64,000 nucleotides of DNA from Escherichia coli (GCF_003334785.1 NZ_QOWV01000014.1); one strand, 5' to 3'. Positions 45,610 through 58,774 are shown, counted from the first letter of the stretch. Made by a program: numbers and translations. Notes: generated from the letters alone by a model not told the origin.

Positions 45610-45906
45610 ATGAAAATAAACCAGCCCGCCGTTGCAGGCACCCTTGAGTCTGGGGATGTGATGATACGCATCGCCCCACTCGATACGCAGGATATCGACC
45701 TGCAAATCAATAGCAGCGTTGAGAAACAGTTTGGCGATGCAATTCGCACCACCATTCTGGACGTTCTCGCCCGCTACAACGTGCGCGGCGTACAGCTGAA
45801 TGTCGATGACAAAGGCGCACTGGACTGCATTTTACGTGCACGACTGGAAGCCCTGCTGGCACGCGCCAGCGGTATCCCGGCTCTGCCATGGGAGGATTGC
45901 CAATGA
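45610..45906 (+). CDS. citD: Citrate lyase acyl carrier protein (gamma subunit)
   Basis: 98-aa [26 protein letters not shown].... Confidence 0.9.
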
Positions 45907-46811
45907 TTTCCGCTTCGCTGCAACAACGTAAAACTCGCACCCGCCGCAGCATGTTGTTTGTGCCTGGTGCCAATGCCGCGATGGTCAGCAACTCCTTCAT
46001 CTACCCGGCTGATGCCCTGATGTTTGACCTCGAAGACTCCGTAGCATTGCGTGAAAAAGACACCGCCCGCCGCATGGTTTACCACGCGCTGCAACATCCG
46101 CTGTATCGCGATATTGAAACCATTGTGCGTGTCAACGCGCTGGATTCCGAATGGGGTGTTAACGACCTGGAAGCCGTCGTTCGCGGTGGTGCGGACGTTG
46201 TGCGTCTGCCGAAAACCGATACCGCTCAGGATGTTCTGGATATTGAAAAAGAGATCCTGCGTATCGAAAAAGCCTGTGGTCGTGAACCCGGCAGCACCGG
46301 CCTGCTGGCGGCGATTGAATCTCCGCTGGGGATTACCCGCGCAGTGGAAATCGCTCACGCTTCCGAGCGTTTGATCGGTATCGCCCTCGGTGCAGAAGAC
46401 TATGTGCGCAACCTGCGTACAGAACGCTCCCCGGAAGGAACTGAACTGCTGTTCGCACGCTGTTCCATTTTGCAGGCCGCGCGCTCTGCGGGTATTCAGG
46501 CGTTCGATACCGTCTATTCCGACGCTAACAACGAAGCCGGATTTCTGCAAGAAGCCGCCCACATCAAACAGCTGGGCTTTGACGGCAAATCGCTGATCAA
46601 CCCGCGTCAGATTGATCTGCTGCACAACCTCTACGCACCGACCCAGAAAGAAGTGGATCACGCCCGCCGCGTCGTAGAAGCCGCTGAAGCCGCCGCTCGC
46701 GAAGGCCTCGGCGTGGTTTCCCTGAACGGCAAGATGGTGGACGGTCCGGTTATCGATCGCGCCCGTCTGGTGCTCTCCCGTGCAGAACTTTCCGGCATCC
46801 GCGAAGAATAA
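45903..46811 (+). CDS. citE: Citrate lyase beta subunit (citryl-ACP lyase)
   Basis: Start at ATG 45903 ([22 protein letters not shown]...), 302 aa; ATGA overlap with citD. Confidence 0.9.
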
Positions 46812-46821
46812 GGCAATCAAA

Positions 46822-48354
46822 ATGACGCAGAAAATTGAACAATCTCAACGACAAGAACGGGTAGCGGCCTGGAATCGTCGCGCTGAATGCGATCTTGCCG
46901 CTTTCCAGAACTCGCCAAAGCAAACCTACCAGGCTGAAAAAGCGCGCGATCGCAAACTGTGCGCCAACCTGGAAGAAGCGATTCGTCGCTCTGGTTTACA
47001 GGACGGCATGACGGTTTCCTTCCATCACGCTTTCCGTGGCGGTGACCTGACCGTCAATATGGTGATGGACGTCATCGCGAAGATGGGCTTTAAAAACCTG
47101 ACCCTGGCGTCCAGCTCCCTGAGTGATTGCCATGCGCCGCTGGTAGAACACATTCGCCAGGGCGTGGTTACCCGCATTTATACCTCCGGCCTGCGTGGTC
47201 CACTGGCGGAAGAGATCTCCCGTGGTCTGCTGGCAGAACCGGTGCAGATCCACTCTCACGGCGGTCGTGTGCATCTGGTACAGAGCGGCGAACTGAATAT
47301 CGACGTGGCTTTCCTCGGCGTCCCGTCCTGTGATGAATTCGGTAATGCCAACGGCTACACCGGTAAAGCCTGCTGCGGCTCCCTCGGCTATGCAATGGTT
47401 GATGCCGACAACGCAAAACAGGTCGTGATGCTTACCGAAGAACTGCTGCCTTATCCGCATAATCCGGCAAGCATTGAGCAAGATCAGGTTGATTTGATCG
47501 TCAAAGTTGACCGCGTTGGCGATGCTGCAAAAATCGGCGCTGGCGCGACCCGTATGACCACTAACCCGCGCGAACTGCTTATTGCCCGTAGCGCTGCGGA
47601 TGTGATTGTCAACTCTGGCTACTTCAAAGAAGGTTTCTCCATGCAAACCGGCACCGGCGGCGCATCGCTGGCGGTAACCCGTTTCCTGGAAGACAAAATG
47701 CGTAGCCGCGATATTCGCGCCGACTTCGCCCTTGGCGGTATTACCGCGACGATGGTTGACCTGCACGAAAAAGGTCTGATCCGCAAACTGCTGGATGTGC
47801 AGAGCTTTGACAGCCATGCTGCGCAATCGCTGGCCCGTAACCCCAATCACATCGAAATCAGCGCCAACCAGTACGCTAACTGGGGTTCGAAAGGCGCATC
47901 GGTTGATCGTCTCGACGTGGTGGTACTGAGCGCGCTGGAAATTGACACCCAGTTCAACGTTAACGTGCTGACCGGCTCTGACGGCGTACTGCGTGGTGCT
48001 TCCGGTGGTCACTGCGATACCGCGATTGCCTCTGCGCTTTCCATCATCGTCGCGCCGCTGGTACGCGGTCGTATTCCGACTCTGGTGGATAACGTACTGA
48101 CCTGCATCACCCCAGGCTCCAGTGTCGATATTCTGGTCACAGACCACGGTATCGCAGTTAACCCGGCACGTCCGGAACTGGCAGAACGTCTGCAGGAAGC
48201 GGGCATTAAAGTGGTTTCCATTGAGTGGCTGCGCGAACGTGCGCGTCTGCTGACCGGTGAACCACAGCCGATTGAATTCACAGACCGCGTCGTTGCCGTT
48301 GTGCGTTACCGCGATGGCTCGGTGATCGATGTTGTGCATCAGGTGAAGGAATAA
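46822..48354 (+). CDS. citF: Citrate lyase alpha subunit (citrate:acetyl-ACP transferase)
   Basis: Start at ATG 46822 (MTQKIEQSQRQERV...), 510 aa. Confidence 0.9.
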   Translation: MTQKIEQSQRQERVAAWNRRAECDLAAFQNSPKQTYQAEKARDRKLCANLEEAIRRSGLQDGMTVSFHHAFRGGDLTVNMVMDVIAKMGFKNLTLASSSLSDCHAPLVEHIRQGVVTRIYTSGLRGPLAEEISRGLLAEPVQIHSHGGRVHLVQSGELNIDVAFLGVPSCDEFGNANGYTGKACCGSLGYAMVDADNAKQVVMLTEELLPYPHNPASIEQDQVDLIVKVDRVGDAAKIGAGATRMTTNPRELLIARSAADVIVNSGYFKEGFSMQTGTGGASLAVTRFLEDKMRSRDIRADFALGGITATMVDLHEKGLIRKLLDVQSFDSHAAQSLARNPNHIEISANQYANWGSKGASVDRLDVVVLSALEIDTQFNVNVLTGSDGVLRGASGGHCDTAIASALSIIVAPLVRGRIPTLVDNVLTCITPGSSVDILVTDHGIAVNPARPELAERLQEAGIKVVSIEWLRERARLLTGEPQPIEFTDRVVAVVRYRDGSVIDVVHQVKE

Positions 48355-48357
48355 GCC

Positions 48358-49762
<1,405 letters not shown>

Positions 49763-49812
49763 TTATTTAAGCACTTGATAAATTTGGAAATATTAATTTT
49801 CGGAGAACCCGT

Positions 49813-51276
49813 ATGTCTTTAGCAAAAGATAATATATGGAAACTATTGACCCCACTGGTGGTGATGGGTGTCATGTTTCTTATCCCTGTCCCCGACGGTA
49901 TGCCGCCGCAGGCATGGCATTACTTCGCTGTGTTTGTGGCAATGATTGTCGGCATGATCCTCGAGCCAATTCCGGCAACAGCGATCAGTTTTATTGCGGT
50001 TACTATTTGCGTTATTGGCAGTAATTACCTGCTCTTTGATGCCAAAGAATTAGCTGACCCAGCGTTTAATGCGCAAAAACAGGCGCTGAAATGGGGCCTG
50101 GCTGGTTTTTCCAGCACCACGGTATGGCTGGTATTTGGCGCATTTATTTTTGCATTAGGGTATGAAGTTTCCGGGTTAGGTCGTCGCATTGCCCTTTTCC
50201 TGGTGAAATTCATGGGCAAACGCACGCTGACGTTGGGTTATGCGATTGTCATTATCGACATTCTGCTGGCACCGTTTACACCTTCCAACACCGCGCGTAC
50301 CGGGGGTACGGTTTTTCCGGTCATTAAAAACCTGCCGCCGTTGTTTAAATCATTCCCGAACGATCCGTCCGCGCGTCGTATTGGCGGCTATTTGATGTGG
50401 ATGATGGTCATTAGTACCAGTCTGAGTTCGTCCATGTTTGTCACCGGTGCGGCACCAAACGTGCTGGGTCTGGAGTTCGTCAGCAAAATTGCCGGTATCC
50501 AGATTAGCTGGTTGCAGTGGTTCCTCTGCTTCCTGCCGGTTGGGGTTATCTTGCTTATCATTGCGCCGTGGCTTTCCTACGTGCTGTACAAACCGGAAAT
50601 CACACACAGTGAAGAAGTGGCAACCTGGGCGGGTGATGAACTGAAAACCATGGGTGCGCTGACACGCAGAGAGTGGACACTGATTGGCCTTGTATTGCTC
50701 AGCTTAGGTTTGTGGGTATTTGGCAGTGAAGTCATTAATGCTACTGCGGTTGGTCTGCTGGCAGTTTCGCTAATGCTGGCCCTGCACGTTGTGCCTTGGA
50801 AAGACATTACCCGCTATAACAGCGCATGGAACACACTGGTCAACCTGGCAACTCTGGTTGTGATGGCTAACGGCCTGACTCGTTCTGGTTTTATTGACTG
50901 GTTCGCCGGTACCATGAGTACGCACCTGGAAGGATTCTCACCAAACGCAACGGTGATTGTACTGGTTCTGGTGTTCTACTTTGCACACTACCTGTTTGCC
51001 AGCCTGTCTGCGCACACCGCAACCATGCTGCCGGTTATTCTGGCCGTCGGTAAAGGTATTCCGGGCGTACCAATGGAACAACTGTGTATCCTGCTGGTGC
51101 TGTCTATCGGTATCATGGGCTGTCTGACGCCGTATGCAACCGGTCCTGGGGTGATTATTTACGGCTGTGGCTATGTGAAATCAAAAGATTACTGGCGTCT
51201 TGGCGCAATCTTCGGGGTGATTTACATCTCTATGTTGCTGTTGGTTGGCTGGCCGATTCTCGCCATGTGGAACTAA
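49813..51276 (+). CDS. citT: Citrate:succinate antiporter (DASS family)
   Basis: 487-aa polytopic membrane ORF closing the cit operon. Confidence 0.9.
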   Translation: MSLAKDNIWKLLTPLVVMGVMFLIPVPDGMPPQAWHYFAVFVAMIVGMILEPIPATAISFIAVTICVIGSNYLLFDAKELADPAFNAQKQALKWGLAGFSSTTVWLVFGAFIFALGYEVSGLGRRIALFLVKFMGKRTLTLGYAIVIIDILLAPFTPSNTARTGGTVFPVIKNLPPLFKSFPNDPSARRIGGYLMWMMVISTSLSSSMFVTGAAPNVLGLEFVSKIAGIQISWLQWFLCFLPVGVILLIIAPWLSYVLYKPEITHSEEVATWAGDELKTMGALTRREWTLIGLVLLSLGLWVFGSEVINATAVGLLAVSLMLALHVVPWKDITRYNSAWNTLVNLATLVVMANGLTRSGFIDWFAGTMSTHLEGFSPNATVIVLVLVFYFAHYLFASLSAHTATMLPVILAVGKGIPGVPMEQLCILLVLSIGIMGCLTPYATGPGVIIYGCGYVKSKDYWRLGAIFGVIYISMLLLVGWPILAMWN

Positions 51277-51304
51277 TACGTTCGCCAAACGCTGAATAAA
51301 TCAT

Positions 51305-51345
51305 CACGCCCGCCAGGTAAGCCCACCTGGCGGGCTTTTTTATGA
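51305..51345 (+). terminator. Intrinsic terminator after citT
   Basis: Hairpin CCCGCCAGGT-AAGCCC-ACCTGGCGGG followed by CTTTTTTAT. Confidence 0.8.
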
Positions 51346-51389
51346 TTTAATAGATAGTATTCAGTGTATGTATGAGTTCCACACCCATT

Positions 51390-52196
51390 ATGAAAGCATT
51401 CTGGCGTAACGCCGCGTTGCTCGCGGTTTCTCTGCTTCCCTTCTCTTCTGCCAACGCCTTAGCGTTGCAGGCAAAACAGTATGGCGATTTTGATCGCTAT
51501 GTCCTGGCCCTCTCCTGGCAAACCGGATTTTGCCAGAGTCAACACGATCGAAATCGTAACGAACGAGATGAATGTCGCCTGCAAACCGAAACGACCAACA
51601 AAGCTGATTTTCTGACCGTACATGGTCTGTGGCCAGGATTGCCTAAATCGGTTGCTGCCCGTGGTGTTGATGAACGCCGCTGGATGCGCTTCGGTTGCGC
51701 TACTCGCCCAATCCCGAATCTACCAGAAGCGCGCGCCAGCCGAATGTGTTCATCGCCGGAAACCGGATTATCACTGGAAACGGCCGCTAAACTAAGTGAA
51801 GTCATGCCAGGAGCTGGCGGACGTTCCTGCCTGGAACGCTACGAATATGCCAAACACGGTGCCTGCTTTGGTTTTGATCCGGACGCATACTTCGGTACGA
51901 TGGTACGCCTGAATCAAGAAATTAAAGAGAGCGAAGCCGGAAAATTCCTTGCGGATAATTACGGTAAAACAGTGAGCCGCCGTGACTTTGACGCCGCCTT
52001 TGCCAAAAGCTGGGGAAAAGAGAACGTGAAAGCAGTTAAGCTAACGTGCCAGGGTAACCCTGCGTATTTGACTGAAATTCAGATCTCGATCAAAGCTGAC
52101 GCCATCAACGCTCCGCTTTCTGCAAACTCATTCTTGCCACAACCTCACCCAGGTAACTGTGGCAAAACCTTTGTGATTGATAAAGCGGGTTATTAA
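51390..52196 (+). CDS. rna: Periplasmic ribonuclease I (RNase T2 family)
   Basis: Start at the internal ATG (MKAFWRNAALLAVSLLPFSSANA, signal peptide), 268 aa; RNase T2 motifs HGLWP and KHGAC. Confidence 0.9.
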   Translation: MKAFWRNAALLAVSLLPFSSANALALQAKQYGDFDRYVLALSWQTGFCQSQHDRNRNERDECRLQTETTNKADFLTVHGLWPGLPKSVAARGVDERRWMRFGCATRPIPNLPEARASRMCSSPETGLSLETAAKLSEVMPGAGGRSCLERYEYAKHGACFGFDPDAYFGTMVRLNQEIKESEAGKFLADNYGKTVSRRDFDAAFAKSWGKENVKAVKLTCQGNPAYLTEIQISIKADAINAPLSANSFLPQPHPGNCGKTFVIDKAGY

Positions 52197-52425
52197 TCAT
52201 CTGATTTACAAAACACGCTAATTCGTCTTCCATAAACCAAGGCGATTAAGATTTATACATAATGCGCTGCATTGAGGAATTCCCTGAATGTGACGCAAAT
52301 CACTTCAAAGAGTGAGCAACAGTCAGTATCATCATGTGAGTTAAACCCTCGCCGCCTGACGGTGAGGGTTTTCTTTTGGGTATGTTTATCTGCGACACTC
52401 GCAGCACCGACGACATGGAGTAAAA

Positions 52426-52836
52426 ATGTCCAGACCAACTATCATCATTAACGACCTGGATGCCGAACGCATCGATATTCTGCTGGAGCAACCCGCCTAT
52501 GCTGGTTTGCCAATCGCCGACGCGTTAAACGCAGAGTTGGATCGCGCCCAAATGTGTTCGCCAGAAGAGATGCCACACGACGTGGTGACAATGAACAGCC
52601 GGGTTAAATTCCGCAATCTTAGCGATGGCGAAGTGCGTGTGCGCACGCTGGTGTATCCGGCAAAAATGACCGATAGCAATACTCAGCTTTCCGTTATGGC
52701 TCCGGTAGGTGCCGCACTGCTGGGGCTGCGCGTTGGCGATTCCATTCACTGGGAACTTCCGGGTGGCGTTGCAACCCACCTTGAAGTGCTGGAACTCGAA
52801 TACCAGCCAGAAGCTGCTGGCGACTACCTGCTTTAA
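52426..52836 (+). CDS. rnk: Regulator of nucleoside diphosphate kinase (GreA/GreB-like C-terminal domain)
   Basis: 136-aa ORF. Confidence 0.85.
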
Positions 52837-53066
52837 TCCCATCTGCACAAGCGATAACTCGCTTTGCCCAGAGGATGCACTCGCATCCTCTTTACGCAAA
52901 ATCAGCAATTTTTCCTGGTTCTCACTGTTCACTTTTGCTGCAAAATTATTCCGTTTCGTTTGTGGGAATAACCATGGCAGAAGCATTTTACATCCTGATA
53001 GGATTTCTGATTATGGCGGTGATTATCGTCATGGCTGTCCTTTACCTCGAAAACCACTCCTGACGA

Positions 53067-54305
53067 TCATATTGTTCCCCCCGGCATCGCATTCACCAGA
53101 CCTGAAACCGCCTTCTGCGCCGCCTCTGCGCTTTGTGCACCGGGTACCAGAATCACCTTACGGCACTCCTCTTCACGTTTTTCGAAAATCTCATATCCCC
53201 GGGCGGCCTCTTCAAACGGCATATAGTGGGTAACAATTTCTTCTGGTTTCAGTAATCCTTTCTCAATTAACGGTAATAATTCTCCCAGCCATGCGTGAAC
53301 GTGGGTCTGTCCCATTTTAAACGACAACCCTTTATCAAAGGCGTCGCCAAACAGGAAACCGTGAATAAATCCAGCGTAGACGCCCGGTACGCTAACAATG
53401 CCGCCACGCCTGACCGCCGCAATACACTGACGCAACGCTTTACCGCTGCTGCCCTCCAGTTTCAGGTTAGTCAGCACCGTTTCCGTGGTGCTGCCTTTCG
53501 CTTCAAAACCGACGGCGTCTATTACTGCATCCACGCCCCGGTGACCTGCCGTTTGTTCAATAATTGACTGTGCCGGATCGCTGTCTTCATCAAAATTAAT
53601 CGGGATCGCGCCGTAGCGGTCGGCGGCGAAATGCAAGCGGTAGGGATGATGATCAACAACAAAAATCTGTTCCGCACCGAGCAACCGTGCACAGGCGATT
53701 GTCAACAATCCCACAGGACCAGCACCATAGACTGCAACGCTTGAACCTTGTTGGATCTGCGCATTTTTTGCTGCCTGCCATGCCGTTGGCAGAATATCAG
53801 AAAGGAAAAGCGCTTTATCATCTGAAAGCAAAGGCGGTACTTTAAACGGCCCCACATTCCCTTTAGGGACGCGGACATATTCCGCCTGCCCACCAGGAAC
53901 GCCGCCATACAGGTGACTATAACCAAACAATGCCGCTGGAGCTGGTATCTGTTTTTTATTGAGCGCAGCGCCTTTACCCGCATTGGTATTTTCGCAGGCG
54001 GCATATTGTTGCAATCGACAGAAAAAACAGTCGCCACAAGCAATGACGAACGGAATTACCACTCGGTCGCCTTTTTGCAAATTTTTTACGTCCTTTCCGG
54101 TTTCAACTACTTCCCCCATAAATTCATGACCAAAAATATCGCCATGTTTAACCTGAGGTATTTTGCCTCGATAAAGATGGAGGTCAGAGCCACAGATCGC
54201 CGTTGCCGTAATACGCAGAATAATATCATCTGCCTGTTCAACGCCCGGATCGGGAACATTTTCTACCTGAACGTGATGTGGGCCGTGATAAGTCAATGCT
54301 TTCAT
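53067..54305 (-). CDS. ybdR: Zn-dependent alcohol dehydrogenase-like oxidoreductase (MDR family)
   Basis: 412-aa ORF with a GHE zinc-binding signature (GHEFMGEV) and a Rossmann GAGPVG motif. Confidence 0.85.
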
Positions 54306-54525
54306 GCAACCTCCAGAGACAGTTCAAAAAAGAGTCAGTCTTTAAGGGTAGCTATCACAGCGGGAAAACGGGCGGTACCACAGGTTTTGGGAGAATTCCT
54401 GGTGTTCAGTGAGAATATATTCATCACAGAAACAGTTCGTAAGGAAAAAGAACCAGACAAATATCAGGGATAAATATTATAATCATGGCGAATGATTTGT
54501 TCATGATTAACAGGGAGAAAGGGTT

Positions 54526-54954
54526 ATGTATAAGACAATCATTATGCCAGTTGATGTATTTGAAATGGAATTGAGCGACAAAGCTGTTCGCCACGCTGAA
54601 TTCCTCGCCCAGGATGACGGAGTTATTCATCTACTTCACGTACTACCCGGGTCAGCCAGCCTGAGCCTGCACCGTTTTGCCGCTGATGTGCGTCGTTTTG
54701 AAGAGCATCTGCAACATGAAGCACAAGAACGTCTGCAAACGATGGTCAGCCACTTCACCATCGATCCTTCCCGCATTAAACAACATGTCCGTTTTGGTAG
54801 CGTGCGGGATGAAGTCAATGAGTTGGCAGAAGAACTGGGGGCTGATGTTGTAGTTATTGGTTCTCGCAACCCATCGATTTCGACCCATCTGTTAGGTTCT
54901 AACGCCTCGAGCGTGATCCGCCACGCCAATCTGCCGGTGCTGGTTGTGCGTTAA
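54526..54954 (+). CDS. uspG: Universal stress protein G
   Basis: 142-aa ORF with a UspA-like fold ([10 protein letters not shown]...). Confidence 0.85.
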
Positions 54955-54969
54955 TTGCCAGAATAAGTA

Positions 54970-55017
54970 TCCCGCCCTGCCCGGAGCCATCCCGGCGGGG
55001 CTTTTTAATGCCATAAA
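54970..55017 (+). terminator. Candidate intrinsic terminator after uspG
   Basis: GC-rich hairpin CCCGCC...GGCGGG followed by GCTTTTT. Confidence 0.5.
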
Positions 55018-55046
55018 AAAGCCGCCAGGTTTGACCCCGGCGGCTA
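55014..55046 (-). terminator. Candidate intrinsic terminator after ahpF (minus strand)
   Basis: AAAAAAGCCGCCAGGTTTGACCCCGGCGGCT on the plus strand, which gives a hairpin plus U-run on the minus-strand transcript. Confidence 0.55.
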
Positions 55047-55074
55047 AGCAATTGCAGGTGAATCTTACTTCTTC

Positions 55075-56640
55075 TTATGCAGTTTTGGTGCGAATCAGGT
55101 AGTCAAAAGCACTCAGAGAGGCTTTGGCACCTTCGCCAGTGGCGATGATGATCTGCTTGTACGGAACCGTCGTACAGTCACCCGCTGCGAACACGCCTTT
55201 CACGTTGGTTTCGCATTTCGCATCAATGATAATCTCGCCCATGCGGTTACGTTCGACTGCGCCTTCGAGCCAGTTGGTGTTCGGCAGCAGACCAATCTGG
55301 ACGAAAATACCGGCCAGTTCGATGTTGTGAATATCGCCGCTGACACGATCTCGATATTCCAGACCAACGACTTTGCTGCCGTCGCCTTTCACTTCCGTGG
55401 TTTGCGCATTCAGAATAATGTCGACGTTTTTCAGGCTGCGCAGTTTGTCCTGCAGAACCTGGTCGGCTTTCATTTCTGGCGCAAATTCCAGCAGCGTTAC
55501 GTGCTCAACGATACCCGCCAGGTCAATTGCCGCTTCCACGCCGGAGTTACCGCCGCCGATAACCGCTACGCGTTTACCTTTAAACAGCGGGCCGTCGCAG
55601 TGCGGGCAGTAGGTCACGCCTTTGGTGCGATACTGATCTTCGCCCGGAACGTTCATGTTGCGCCATTTTGCACCGGTCGCCACGATAATGCTGCGTGCTT
55701 TCAGTACCGCGCCAGAAGCTGTTTCAATCTGATGCAGACCACCTTCAACTGCTGCTGGGATCAGTTTGCTGGCGCTCTGGCTGTCGATCACATCAACGTC
55801 GTATTCATCAACGTGAACTTTCAGTGCGCCTGCCAGCTTCTGCCCTTCAGTCTTCGGTACAGAAATGTAGTTTTCGATATCAACGGTATCGAGGATCTGA
55901 CCACCAAAACGTTCGCCCATCAGACCGGTACGGATGCCTTTACGTGCGGAGTAAATTGCTGCCGCTGCACCCGCCGGGCCGGAACCGACGATTAATACGT
56001 CATAAGCATCACGCTTGTTCAGCTCTTCTGCCGCACGTTTTTCCGCGCCAGTATCAATTTTGGCAACGATTTCAGTCAACGTCATGCGGCCCTGACCAAA
56101 CTCTTTCCCGTTTACGAACACTGCCGGAACGCCCATCACGTTGCGATCGGTGATTTCGTTCTGGAAGGTGCCGCCGTCAATTGCAGTGTGCTTGATGCGC
56201 GGGTTCAGTACGCTCATCAGGTTCAGCGCCTGCACCACGTCCGGGCAGTTGTGGCAAGAGAGCGAGTAATAGGTTTCGAATTCAAAATCACCGTCAATAT
56301 GGCGAATCTGCTCCAGCAGAGACTGCGCTTCTTTCGACGGATGACCACCGGTCCACAGCAACGCCAGTACCAGCGAGGTGAACTCGTGGCCCAGCGGGGA
56401 GCCTGCAAAACGTGGCCCCTGGTTGGAACCTGGGTTGGTGATCAGGAAAGACGGCTTACGCACCGGCAAGCTGTTATCTTCTTTAAAGGTGACTTTGTCT
56501 GACAGTTCTGCGATTTCAGCCAACAGTTCCTTGATTTCTGCCGATTTAGCGCTGTCATCCAGCGTGGCAATTAACTCAACAGGCTTGGTCAATTTCTCAA
56601 GGTAAGCCTTGAGTTGAGTTTTCATATTTGTGTCGAGCAT
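55075..56640 (-). CDS. ahpF: Alkyl hydroperoxide reductase subunit F (NADH:peroxiredoxin oxidoreductase)
   Basis: Start at the internal ATG ([16 protein letters not shown]...), 521 aa; redox CxxC centres (CHNCP, CPHCDG) and FAD/NAD motifs. Confidence 0.95.
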
Positions 56641-56884
56641 GTTTATCTCCTGGGCTTTAAACATCATCATGCAAGCGGCCTCTGCGGCTACCTGGATGCA
56701 GCTTGCATCATGGTGCGGGGAAGAAAATCGGGTGCCGCAGCACCCGAAGAATTAGGTGAATTTCCGAAGTATTTCGCGTCAGAGCAAGGCGGCTAGCCTG
56801 TGAATCCCCGGGAGCTTACACAAGTAAGTGACCGGGGTGAGCGGGCGACGCCAACGCCGCTATGGCGTGAAAGACGAAGGAAAT

Positions 56885-57448
56885 TTAGATTTTACCAACC
56901 AGGTCCAGAGACGGAGCCAGAGTTGCTTCACCTTCTTTCCATTTAGCCGGGCAAACTTCACCTGGGTGAGAAGCTACGTACTGTGCTGCTTTGATTTTAC
57001 GCAGCAGGTCAGACGCGTCACGGCCAATGCCTTCAGCGGTAACTTCGATTGCCTGGATGATACCCTGCGGGTCAACAACGAAGGTCGCACGGTCAGCCAG
57101 ACCTTCATCTTCACGCATGTTGTCGAAGTTACGGGTCAGGGCGCCAGTCGGGTCGCCGATCATCGCATATTTGATTTTAGCGATGGTTTCAGAGCTGCTG
57201 TGCCATGCTTTGTGGGTGAAGTGAGTATCGGTAGATACTGCGTATACGTCTACGCCCAGTTTCTGCAGTTCTTCGTAGTGGTCAGCAACGTCACCCAGTT
57301 CGGTCGGGCATACGAAAGTAAAGTCAGCCGGGTAGAAGAAGAAGACGCTCCAGCGGCCTTCGGTATCTTTTTCGGTGATTTCGATGAATTCGCCGTTTTT
57401 GAATGCCTGGTTTTTAAAAGGTTTAATTTTGGTGTTAATCAAGGACAT
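56885..57448 (-). CDS. ahpC: Alkyl hydroperoxide reductase subunit C (2-Cys peroxiredoxin)
   Basis: 187-aa ORF with the peroxidatic Cys motif FTFVCPTE and the resolving Cys in EVCPAKW. Confidence 0.95.
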   Translation of the reverse strand: MSLINTKIKPFKNQAFKNGEFIEITEKDTEGRWSVFFFYPADFTFVCPTELGDVADHYEELQKLGVDVYAVSTDTHFTHKAWHSSSETIAKIKYAMIGDPTGALTRNFDNMREDEGLADRATFVVDPQGIIQAIEVTAEGIGRDASDLLRKIKAAQYVASHPGEVCPAKWKEGEATLAPSLDLVGKI

Positions 57449-57819
57449 CTATACTTCCTCCGTGTTTTCGATGAGATGTAAGGTAACCAATTTTTGCCGA
57501 TTCGGCTAATGCGTTTCCATTATCAAATCGATAAGTTTTACCTTACAACCTTCGTAAGACAACTTTGTGAACTTTGCACCGCCAGCGGCGATAAAAAGTA
57601 AAATGGCCCCCTTTCCAGGTGACCGTGTAATCTGAACTACCCTTTGGTATCTTCAGTGCCTGCCTGCAGGCTGAGGTGTTGCCCTTACAAATGCAACAAC
57701 GACATGGATTACAACACCCTCATAAACAAAGGGCAATCACCTGATCTAAGCTCTTACCTATGACAGTGATAGGTTATGCCTTTTACTCGACTTTTGCACT
57801 GACTGAAAAGGACAAATTA
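57449..57819. promoter_or_regulatory. Divergent ahpC / dsbG control region (expected OxyR-responsive promoter region)
   Basis: 371-bp spacer between divergent redox genes containing the palindrome CTAT-N7-ATAG at 57757-57771. OxyR control of ahpC is established knowledge; the exact site was not mapped here. Confidence 0.45.
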
Positions 57820-58566
57820 ATGTTAAAAAAGATACTTTTACTGGCTCTGCTTCCTGCAATCGCCTTCGCAGAGGAACTTCCTGCTCCAGTAAAAGCGATT
57901 GAAAAACAGGGCATTACAATCATCAAAACATTCGATGCCCCCGGAGGAATGAAAGGTTATCTCGGAAAGTATCAGGATATGGGCGTCACCATCTACCTGA
58001 CTCCAGATGGTAAGCACGCTATCTCTGGTTACATGTACAACGAGAAAGGTGAAAACCTGAGTAACACACTTATCGAAAAAGAAATTTACGCACCAGCCGG
58101 ACGCGAAATGTGGCAACGGATGGAACAATCCCACTGGCTCCTCGACGGTAAAAAAGATGCGCCGGTCATTGTCTACGTCTTCGCCGATCCGTTCTGCCCA
58201 TATTGTAAACAGTTCTGGCAGCAGGCGCGCCCGTGGGTAGATTCTGGCAAAGTGCAATTAAGAACATTGTTGGTTGGGGTTATCAAGCCAGAAAGCCCGG
58301 CGACAGCAGCGGCAATTCTTGCCTCCAAAGATCCCGCAAAAACCTGGCAACAATATGAAGCCTCTGGTGGCAAGCTTAAGCTAAACGTGCCTGCAAACGT
58401 AAGTACAGAGCAAATGAAAGTGTTAAGTGACAATGAGAAACTGATGGACGATCTGGGGGCAAATGTCACGCCGGCTATCTATTACATGAGTAAGGAAAAT
58501 ACGCTACAACAGGCCGTGGGGTTGCCCGATCAGAAAACGCTTAATATCATTATGGGGAATAAATAA
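57820..58566 (+). CDS. dsbG: Periplasmic disulfide isomerase/chaperone DsbG
   Basis: Start at the internal ATG ([17 protein letters not shown], signal peptide), 248 aa; thioredoxin CPYC active site. Confidence 0.9.
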   Translation: MLKKILLLALLPAIAFAEELPAPVKAIEKQGITIIKTFDAPGGMKGYLGKYQDMGVTIYLTPDGKHAISGYMYNEKGENLSNTLIEKEIYAPAGREMWQRMEQSHWLLDGKKDAPVIVYVFADPFCPYCKQFWQQARPWVDSGKVQLRTLLVGVIKPESPATAAAILASKDPAKTWQQYEASGGKLKLNVPANVSTEQMKVLSDNEKLMDDLGANVTPAIYYMSKENTLQQAVGLPDQKTLNIIMGNK

Positions 58567-58774
58567 AAGGTAATTCATGGATGGTTGAACTATATCCCTG
58601 CTTTTCAACCATCCTAAAAAAGCATGAATTGCTCGCTCTGCCCTAAGTGGCTGTGCTATTTTAGAAAAACTTAATCCTGAGTTAAGCAAAAAAACATAAT
58701 CAATAAAAATATATACGCAAAAAACATTGATTAAGTGAATATATCATGGAAGAAAAATATAACCGGAGTAGTGT

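Noticed and set aside
58579-58614. Hairpin GGATGGTTGAA...TTCAACCATCC downstream of dsbG, considered as a terminator.
   Set aside because: It is followed by an A-run, not a T-run, on the plus strand and is wrongly oriented for a minus-strand terminator; it may be a structural palindrome only.
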